A DNA stretch of 47,360 nt, from the NCBI GenBank assembly GCA_031409335.1, contig JANNWY010000295.1, forward strand, positions 1 to 47,360, given 5' to 3'. This document shows positions 39,701 through 45,211 of the stretch, in pieces. Source of the DNA: Chthoniobacteraceae bacterium. Its GTDB lineage: Bacteria; Verrucomicrobiota; Verrucomicrobiia; Chthoniobacterales; Chthoniobacteraceae. Within the stretch, counting starts at the first letter, position 1, and every line of letters starts with the position of its first letter. A program made the translations under genes and the position numbers. The notes under the pieces were generated by a model, which worked only from the letters and a program-made list of their open reading frames with translations, ran no database searches and was not told where the DNA came from.

Positions 39701-42700
39701 CGCTTCATCACCGATGCCATCGCCGAGCAACTCGAACGCGGCGTCGAGATCGGCCCGCAGTCCGCGACCGCGGGTGAAGTCGCCGCGCTGCTCTGCGAAT
39801 TCAGCGGCCACGATCGCGCCGCGTTTTGCAACACCGGCTCCGAAGCCGTCGTCGCCGCCGTCCGCGTCGCCCGCACCGTCACCGGACGCGACCGCATCGC
39901 GACGTGCAGCGGCTATCACGGCATCAACGACGAATTCCTCGTCCGCGCCAAAACCATCGGCGGCGAGCGCCGCTCCGTCGCCATCGCGCCCGGCATCCCC
40001 GATCACATCGCGCGCGAAGTGCTCGCGGTCGAATACGGCACGTCCGAGTCGCTCGAAATCCTCCGCACCCACGCGCACGAACTCGCCGCCGTCCTCGTCG
40101 AGCCCGTGCAAAGCCGGCACCCCGATTTGCAGCCGCGCGAGTTCCTGCACGAGCTGCGCAAGATCACACGCGAGCACGGCATCGCGCTTGTTTTTGATGA
40201 AGTCATCACCGGCTTCCGCTGCCATCCGGGCGGCGCGCAGACTTTGTTTGGCGTCCGCGCCGATCTCGTCACGTATGGAAAAATCATCGGTGGCGGCATG
40301 CCCGTTGGCGCACTCTGCGGACGCGCGGAATACATGGACGCGCTCGATGGCGGCGCATGGAATTTCGGCGACGACTCGCGCCCCGAAACCGGTGTCACCT
40401 TTTTCGCGGGAACGTACGTGCGCCACCCGCTGGCGATGGCCGCCTCGCGCGCCATGCTCCGCCACCTGCGCGACAAAGGCCCCGCGCTCCAAAAGCGCCT
40501 CAACGAACGCACCGCCCAACTCGTCGCCGACCTGAATTCCTTCCTCACCCTCGAAGCCGTGCCGATCCGCGTCGAGTCCTTCGCCTCGATGTTCATCATC
40601 AAATTCACCGATGACTTCGCATTTGGCGCACTGCTCTTTTTCCATCTCCGCGAAAAAGGAATCCACGCGTGGGACAACCGCCTGCTCTTCCTCTCGACCG
40701 CGCACAGCGAGGAAGACCTGGCGCGGTTCAACACCGCCTTCTGCGAAAGCATCGCCGAGATGCGCGCGGGAGGATTTTTTGAAACCGGAAAGCGGATACC
40801 GGAAAGCGGAAAGAATTCAGAAGCAGCTCCGCACGTAAAACCCTTTCCGGTTTCCGCTCTCCGCTCTCCGCTTTCGCCGTCTTCGGCGCTTCAGTTCAGC
40901 CTCTACTTTTTCGGCAACTATCCCGCCGCGCATCGCGACGACAAATACGATCTCGTCATCGCGAGCACACGCTTCGCCGATCAGCATGGCTTCACCGCCG
41001 TCTGGCTTCCCGAGCGCCATTTCCATTCCGTCGGCGGCTTCTCGCCAAATGCCGCCGTGATGGCCGCCGCGCTCGCCCGCGAAACCTCGCGCATCCAGCT
41101 CCGCGCGGGCAGCGTCGTCCTCCCGCTGCACCATCCCGTCCGCGTCGCGGAAGAGTGGTCGATGGTCGATAATCTCTCGAAAGGCCGCATCGGTATCTCG
41201 ATCGCCTCGGGCTGGCATCCGCACGATTTCGTCTTCGCGCCGGACGCCTACGAAAACCGTCGCGAACTCTGCACGCAATCGCTCGAAACCATCCGCCAGC
41301 TCTGGCGCGGCGACGCGATCAACGTCCGCAGCGGCAGTGGCGCAAACATCGACGTGCAACTTTTTCCGATGCCGGTGCAGCGCGAGCTGCCCGTGTGGCT
41401 GACCTGCGTGCAGGCCGAGTCGTACGAGCGCGCGGGCGAACTCGGACTCAATATCCTCGCGCAACTCCAGAACCAAACCCTCGACGACATCGCCGAAAAA
41501 ATCCGCCGCTACCGCGCTGCCCGCGCCCGCGCCGGACACGACCGCGGCCACGTCACGATACTGCTGCACACCTTCGTCACCGACGACATCGAGCAGGCGC
41601 GCAATCAAGCGCGGAAGCCGCTCCGCGAGTATCTGCGTTCGCATGTGGAAATTTCGCAACGCAAACTCTTCGCCCAAAACGGCGCGGCGGAAGTCAGCCG
41701 CGACGATCTCGACTTCCTGCTCGAACGCGCCGCCGATGACTACGCCAGCGGCAAGGCTTTCATTGGCACGCCGGAATCGTGCATGGAAATCGCCGGGCAA
41801 CTCGCCGTCATCGGCGTCGATGAAGTCGGCTGTCTCATCGACTTCGGAGTCGATCCGAAAGCCGTCATGGCGAGCCTGCCGCATTTGGAACGACTCCGAA
41901 GTAGCGCAGGCGCCCCGCCTGTGAAAAGTCCGGCGGGAGCCCCGCCCGCAGACCCCCTCGCCGACCGAGGCGGTCGGCGGACGGACGGCAGCCGGGGCGG
42001 CTGCGCTACTTGGCCGCTTACCCCGTCGCAGCGCGGCCTTTGCCTGCTCGCCGCCACGATTCCCGACGCCTCCCGCGCTTACAACGAAACCTCCGCTCTC
42101 GAACTCCGCGGCGCACTCGACATCGCCAAGTTGCACGCCGCCTTGCAGTCGCTCGTCGATCGGCACGACGCCCTCCGCACCAGCATCGACGCCGAGACCG
42201 AGACCCTCACGATCCATCCCAGCGCCACGCTCGATCTCCCGATCACCGACGACCTCGCGCGCTGTCTCACCGAAGTCCGCACCCTGCATTTCGACTTCTC
42301 GCGCGCCCCGCTCATGGACGCGCGCCTTTGCCGTCACGGCGAAAATCATCACGTCCTGCTGCTCACCTTCCATCACGTCTTCGGAAACGGCCCGTCGTAC
42401 GTCGCGCTCTTCGACGACCTCTGCGCCACGCTGCGCGGAGAAACGCTCCCGCCCGCGATGCAGCTTCGCGAATTTGTGAACCGCAACGTGGCTTGCCGCT
42501 CCAGCGGCGAGCCGACCGACGCGGCAAGCCACGGCGCAGATTCCGCCGCCGCTTTTTGGAGAGCGCAATTCGCCGACGGCGTCCCCACGCTCGAACTCCC
42601 GCTCGACCGTCCGCGCCCTGCGGCGATGAGCTTTCGCGGCTCGCGCGAAACGATGCAGCTCGGCCCCGAAGTCGTCGCCGCGCTGCGCGCCACCGGCGCG

Positions 42701-45211
42701 AAACTCGGCGGCACGCTGTTCATGACGCTGCTCTCGGCGTTTCAAACTTTGCTCCACCGGCTGAGCGGCCAGGACGATCTCGTTGTTGCCGTCCCATTCT
42801 CCGATCCCGTGCGGCAGCAGCCCGGCGGCGACCGCCTTTTCGCCAACACCACGAACGTCGCTCCGCTCCGCAGCCGTCTAGCACCCGCGACGACTTTCCC
42901 CGAACTCCTCGCCGCCAATCGCGCCCTCGTGCTCGAAGCCACCGAGCATCAGCGATACTTTTTCGGGAACCTACTCGAAGCACTCGATCTCCCGTTCGAT
43001 GCCAGCCGTTCCCCGCTTTTTTCCGTCCTCTTCAACTACGAAAGCGGCAGCTACCGCCGCGACATCGGCGACCTCGCGCTGGAACTCATCACCGACCGCG
43101 AACCCTGGCTGGGCCTGCGTGACACGGCGATGTTCGAGCTTTACCTGAATGTCGCCGAGACGCCCGACGGCCTCTCCTTCCGCTGCGACTACAACACCGA
43201 TCTCTTCGACGCCGCGACCGTCCAACGCTGGCTCGCGCATCTGCGCACGCTGCTCGAAGCCATCGCCGCCGATCCCGCGCGACCCATCGCCGATCTGCCG
43301 CTCTTGAGTGAAAACGATCGCTCGCAAATTCTCGAAAGTTGGAATCGCACCGCGCTCGATTTCCCGCGCGGAAAAACGCTGCACGCGCTCTTCGAGGAAA
43401 CCGCGCTTGCGCAGCCCGACGCCTGCGCCGTCGTCGATCATGGCGAGCGCGTCAGCTACCGCGAACTCGACCGCCGCGCGAACCGCATCGCGCGGCGCTT
43501 GCAAAGTAGGGCAGGCGCCCCGCCTGCCAAAAGTCCGACGGGCACCCTGCCCGCAGACCCTTCCGACTGCGGGCGAGGCACCCGCGGGACTTTTGGCTGG
43601 CGGGGTGCCTGCCCTACTTTCATCGCCATCTGCATGGAGCGCACCACCGACCTGATCGCCGCCCTCCTCGCCGTCCTAAAAGTCGGCGCAGCCTACGTCC
43701 CGCTCGATCCCGGCGCACCGCAGGAGCGTCTCGCCACGATGCTTGCCGACGCCCAGCCGCTCGTCGTGCTCTGCGACGCCGAAACCGCCACCACACACGC
43801 CGCGTCGCATCCCGCCTTCCATTGGGAAAATATTGCTTCCGCGAAATATGAAAGCGCCGAGCCCGTCGCATGCGAAGCCGGCCCGCACGATCTCGCGTAT
43901 CTCATCTACACCTCCGGCTCGACCGGCCAGCCGAAGGGCGTCGCGATCGAGCACCACAGCGCGGTGAATTTCATCCACTGGGCGCGGCAAACTTTTTCTG
44001 CCGATGAACTCGCCGGCGTCCTCGCCGCGACCTCGATCTGTTTCGATCTTTCCATCTTTGAAATCTTCGCGCCGCTCGCCGCTGGCGGGAGCGTCATCCT
44101 CGCGAAAAACGTCCTCGAACTTCCCGTGCTGCCGAACGCCTACGAAGTGACGCTCGTCAACACGGTCCCATCCGCGATGACGGAACTCGCGCGCGCGAAC
44201 GATCTCCCGGCGGGCGTGCGGACCGTCTTTCTCGCCGGCGAGCCATTGTCGGAATTGCTCGTGAGCGAGCTGCTCGACACCAGCTCCGTGCTGCGCGTGT
44301 GCGATGGATACGGGCCGACCGAAACCGGCTACGCGACCTTTGCCGAGCGGCGCTCCGGCGGGCCCGCGACGATCGGGCGCGCGATCGCCAATGCGACTGC
44401 CTACATTCTCGACGCGCAAATGCAGCCGGTCCCCATCGGCGTCACGGGCGAGCTTTTCATCGGCGGCGAAGGTGTCGCGCGCGGTTATTGGAAGCGGCCC
44501 GAACTGACCGCGGAACGATTCATCACATCGCCGGTTGGCGAACGCATTTACCGCACGGGCGACCTCGCGCATTGGAACACGGACGGTCAACTGGTGTATC
44601 GCGGGCGCTCGGATCAGCAGGTGAAAATGCGCGGGTATCGCGTGGAACTTGGCGAGATCGAATCCGTGCTGCGCGCGCATCCGGGCGTCGCGGAAGCCGC
44701 CGTCATCGCGCACGCCGCCGGCACGCCGGACGCGCGCCTCATCGCATACTTCGTTCCCAAAAAACTGACTCCATCCACCGCTGAACTCCGCGCCCATCTT
44801 AAACAGAAGCTGCCCGACTACATGCTGCCGGGTGCTTTTGCCCCGCTCGAACGCCTGCCACTCACACCAAACGGCAAGCTCGACCGCCGCGCGCTCCCTG
44901 CGCCGGAGCCGATGCGCGGCGATGCGGACGCGGAATTTGTCGCGCCGCGCGACGCCGCGGAAAATCGCGTGGCGGAAGTTTGGCGGCAGGTGCTAAACCT
45001 GCATCGTGTCGGGATTCACGATGACTTTTTTACCATTGGCGGCCATTCACTCACCGCGATGCAGGTCGTGGCGCGCCTGCGCACTTCCGTGCTTCCGGGC
45101 TTGAACCTGCATCACATTTTCGCCCAGCCAACCATCTCGGGACTGGTCGCGACGAACCGGCAGAACGGCTGCGCAGTCGGCGCGGGCGCGCGCGAGGAGG
45201 GCGTGCTGTGA
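33746..45211 (+). CDS. Hybrid NRPS-PKS megasynthase: A-PCP-sulfotransferase-KS-AT-ACP-aminotransferase(class III)-LLM monooxygenase-C-A-PCP
   Basis: A: YTSGSTGRPKG, NEYGPTE. PCP: LGGDSL. ST: PPRSGTTLL, VDKSP. KS: TACSSSL, HGTGT, KTNIGHL. AT: GHSVGE, HAFHS. ACP: GFDSL. AMT: FDEVITGFR, YGKIIGGG. LLM: VWLPERHFH. C: HHVFGNG. A: YTSGSTGQPKG. PCP: GGHSL. Confidence 0.95.
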   Translation: MSLLARIFSQSPNSLAITCGNESLTYGELDRRSKSLAQRIAPNQRIALRATRSADTIVNILATLRGGAAYVPFDPEYPADLLAFISADCAAKELPTDTAPVISSKEPAITPDDLAYIIYTSGSTGRPKGVLISHANLAHSTNARLAFYENPPTRFLLLSSFAFDSSVAGIFWTLASGGALVIPESGEERDPSAIAALIAKHRITHTLCLPALHALLLETAADLRSLETVIVAGENCPPDLPGAHFQRIPQARLFNEYGPTEATVWSTVAELTAHAPITIGQAIPGTTVQLLESGEILIGGPGVALGYLNQPEITAEKFTTFPAGERLYKTGDLARRLPNGDLEFLGRSDRQVKIRGHRIELDAIEAVLLSHPQISTAAVIAHEGRLVAYVPSVPSDLRQFLAEKLPPSMQPGTVVKLTTLPLAPNGKIDRAALPKPDRTRPDLDTEFAAPRTPLENFLVEEWRGSLALDRVGIHDKFFDLGGDSLRAATLANRLQQKLGEPVFVTALFTAPTIAQLAVFLEKNYSAAVARAFASSAGAPPAKSPAGAPPADRLRALLPKSTAPHRPSRKNPRAIFILAPPRSGTTLLRAMLAQHPALFTASELRLLGFDTVAERRAAYSGPQSIWHRGIIRALAESKHGDEAEAAQIVEECEQENLSTAEFFTLLQQSIAPRTLVDKSPSYALDPAALRHAEEIFENAFYIHLTRHPAEMIRSFAERRMDQVYLPANDLTPREAAEAVWQIAHENILDFLANIPAERQAHLRFADLVSQPRAEMEKLCAALGIPFDPAVLDPYKKAPAPDADSFDDPYFLERRAIDSTAASASAADDSLSEETRALAAQLGYTTPPTAGGAPAGRPTAGAAALLPEPIAIVGLAGRFPGASDIESFWKNLCTGTESIRPFTDDELRASGLDPAIVAQPDYVNAGAVPENADQFAAAFFGYTPREAELMDPQQRLFLECAWEAFEHAGCDVSRFPGAVGVFAGLALNSYFQNNLATRPELKPLLGHYSLTIGNEKDFVATRVAHKLGLHGPAIGVQTACSSSLVAVHLACQSLRLREIDCALVGGGRIRAPLHAGYTYIDGGIPSPDGHCRAFDAQARGCVAASGIAAVVLKRVADAQRDGDHIFAVIKATAINNDGGDKAGFTAPSVAGQAEVISRAHTAAGITADSISYVETHGTGTSLGDPIEIAALTKAFRKTSSANAHCRIGSVKTNIGHLDAGAGVAGLIKTALALDRGLIPPSLHFEKPNPQIDFANSPFVVNAEPAKWPRTATPRRAGVSSFGIGGTNAHAILEEAPPENRSHATDATHESHLLVLSAKTKTALACATTNLAAHLRNHPGLPLADIAFTLQTGRRQFAHRRIVVASSPHEAIEALEKADHAILGEATAENPPIVFMFPGQGAQHPGMARELFGKEPVFRDALNRCAEILRPHLDLLDALEVGQAPRLPKVQRAPRLATPGEAPGRLSDSRGGCPTSIAQPAIFSVEYALAKLWESRGITPSALLGHSVGEFVAATLAGVFTLEDALTLLANRAKLMQAVPAGAMLAVRLPEAELRPRLGTLIEIAAINSPRLCVVSGPPEAIQFFAEEMSAENVATVSLQTSHAFHSAMMDPVIAPFTALVKSTPRSQPRIPLFSTLTGDATADFTAPEYWPHQLRQPVRFASAVANVEKNHILLEVGPGTTLAPLARQSRGGTVVSSLNTSGSDQAAMLEAIGRLWLAGVTIDWAALHSGERRQRVPLPTYPFERERYWLSSGCGAPAADRSRDALVAEAPATVASQPLPLADAIKTVLHELSGVPVERMADTATFLEIGFDSLFLTQAILALRKRFGVTIAFRQLFEELATIQSLAAFISGASAPPADSPAGAPPAGPGGRGARPTDDSRGGCPTFGPFRPVNTASTELTPQQRAHLDALASRSSARTAKSKNLAQQNRKHFADPRSVSGFRPFWKELIYPIVAERSAGAKLWDIDGHEYIDFTMGYGTNLLGHSPRFITDAIAEQLERGVEIGPQSATAGEVAALLCEFSGHDRAAFCNTGSEAVVAAVRVARTVTGRDRIATCSGYHGINDEFLVRAKTIGGERRSVAIAPGIPDHIAREVLAVEYGTSESLEILRTHAHELAAVLVEPVQSRHPDLQPREFLHELRKITREHGIALVFDEVITGFRCHPGGAQTLFGVRADLVTYGKIIGGGMPVGALCGRAEYMDALDGGAWNFGDDSRPETGVTFFAGTYVRHPLAMAASRAMLRHLRDKGPALQKRLNERTAQLVADLNSFLTLEAVPIRVESFASMFIIKFTDDFAFGALLFFHLREKGIHAWDNRLLFLSTAHSEEDLARFNTAFCESIAEMRAGGFFETGKRIPESGKNSEAAPHVKPFPVSALRSPLSPSSALQFSLYFFGNYPAAHRDDKYDLVIASTRFADQHGFTAVWLPERHFHSVGGFSPNAAVMAAALARETSRIQLRAGSVVLPLHHPVRVAEEWSMVDNLSKGRIGISIASGWHPHDFVFAPDAYENRRELCTQSLETIRQLWRGDAINVRSGSGANIDVQLFPMPVQRELPVWLTCVQAESYERAGELGLNILAQLQNQTLDDIAEKIRRYRAARARAGHDRGHVTILLHTFVTDDIEQARNQARKPLREYLRSHVEISQRKLFAQNGAAEVSRDDLDFLLERAADDYASGKAFIGTPESCMEIAGQLAVIGVDEVGCLIDFGVDPKAVMASLPHLERLRSSAGAPPVKSPAGAPPADPLADRGGRRTDGSRGGCATWPLTPSQRGLCLLAATIPDASRAYNETSALELRGALDIAKLHAALQSLVDRHDALRTSIDAETETLTIHPSATLDLPITDDLARCLTEVRTLHFDFSRAPLMDARLCRHGENHHVLLLTFHHVFGNGPSYVALFDDLCATLRGETLPPAMQLREFVNRNVACRSSGEPTDAASHGADSAAAFWRAQFADGVPTLELPLDRPRPAAMSFRGSRETMQLGPEVVAALRATGAKLGGTLFMTLLSAFQTLLHRLSGQDDLVVAVPFSDPVRQQPGGDRLFANTTNVAPLRSRLAPATTFPELLAANRALVLEATEHQRYFFGNLLEALDLPFDASRSPLFSVLFNYESGSYRRDIGDLALELITDREPWLGLRDTAMFELYLNVAETPDGLSFRCDYNTDLFDAATVQRWLAHLRTLLEAIAADPARPIADLPLLSENDRSQILESWNRTALDFPRGKTLHALFEETALAQPDACAVVDHGERVSYRELDRRANRIARRLQSRAGAPPAKSPTGTLPADPSDCGRGTRGTFGWRGACPTFIAICMERTTDLIAALLAVLKVGAAYVPLDPGAPQERLATMLADAQPLVVLCDAETATTHAASHPAFHWENIASAKYESAEPVACEAGPHDLAYLIYTSGSTGQPKGVAIEHHSAVNFIHWARQTFSADELAGVLAATSICFDLSIFEIFAPLAAGGSVILAKNVLELPVLPNAYEVTLVNTVPSAMTELARANDLPAGVRTVFLAGEPLSELLVSELLDTSSVLRVCDGYGPTETGYATFAERRSGGPATIGRAIANATAYILDAQMQPVPIGVTGELFIGGEGVARGYWKRPELTAERFITSPVGERIYRTGDLAHWNTDGQLVYRGRSDQQVKMRGYRVELGEIESVLRAHPGVAEAAVIAHAAGTPDARLIAYFVPKKLTPSTAELRAHLKQKLPDYMLPGAFAPLERLPLTPNGKLDRRALPAPEPMRGDADAEFVAPRDAAENRVAEVWRQVLNLHRVGIHDDFFTIGGHSLTAMQVVARLRTSVLPGLNLHHIFAQPTISGLVATNRQNGCAVGAGAREEGVL
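35344..35399 (+). repeat. Intragenic GTAG-REP element, left half only
   Basis: AAGTAGCGCAGGCGCCCCGCCTGCGAAAAGTCCGGCGGGCGCCCCGCCCGCCGACC; translated SSAGAPPAKSPAGAPPAD in the PCP-sulfotransferase linker. Confidence 0.9.
36281..36337 (+). repeat. Intragenic GTAG-REP element, right half only
   Basis: CCCACTGCGGGCGGGGCGCCCGCGGGACGGCCGACAGCCGGGGCGGCTGCGCTACTT; translated PTAGGAPAGRPTAGAAALL in the sulfotransferase-KS linker. Confidence 0.9.
37634..37672 (+). repeat. Degenerate 9-mer tandem repeat in the post-KS linker
   Basis: AAT AGGTCCCAT GCGACCGAT GCGACCCAT GAGTCCCAT; translated NRSHATDATHESH. Confidence 0.6.
38055..38162 (+). repeat. Full intragenic GTAG-REPIN-like element inside the AT domain
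   Basis: AAGTAGGGCAGGCGCCCCGCCTGCC...GACAGCCGGGGCGGCTGTCCTACTT; translated VGQAPRLPKVQRAPRLATPGEAPGRLSDSRGGCPT. Confidence 0.92.
38991..39077 (+). repeat. Second-family GTAG palindromic element in the AT-ACP linker
   Basis: Perfect 12-bp terminal inverted repeats GTAGTGGCTGCG / CGCAGCCACTAC. Confidence 0.8.
39290..39398 (+). repeat. Full intragenic REPIN-like element in the ACP-aminotransferase linker
   Basis: AGTGGGGCAAGCGCCCCGCCTGCC...GACAGCCGGGGCGGCTGCCCTACTT; translated SGASAPPADSPAGAPPAGPGGRGARPTDDSRGGCPT. Confidence 0.9.
40785..40876 (+). repeat. Inverted heptamer-repeat tracts (CGGAAAG-like / CTCTCCG-like) in the aminotransferase-LLM linker
   Basis: CCGGAAAGCGGATACCGGAAAGCGGAAAG ... 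CTTTCCGGTTTCCGCTCTCCGCTCTCCGCTTTCG. Confidence 0.75.
41899..42011 (+). repeat. Full intragenic REPIN-like element in the LLM-C linker
   Basis: AAGTAGCGCAGGCGCCCCGCCTGTG...GGCAGCCGGGGCGGCTGCGCTACTT; translated SSAGAPPVKSPAGAPPADPLADRGGRRTDGSRGGCAT. Confidence 0.92.
42487..42533 (+). repeat. Short palindromic insertion within the C domain
   Basis: Perfect 13-bp inverted repeat CGTGGCTTGCCGC / GCGGCAAGCCACG; translated VACRSSGEPTDAASH. Confidence 0.75.
43503..43620 (+). repeat. Full intragenic REPIN-like element inside the second A domain
   Basis: ~34-bp terminal inverted repeats AAAGTAGGGCAGGCGCCCCGCCTGCCAAAAGTCC / GGACTTTTGGCTGGCGGGGTGCCTGCCCTACTTT (2 mismatches). Confidence 0.93.
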
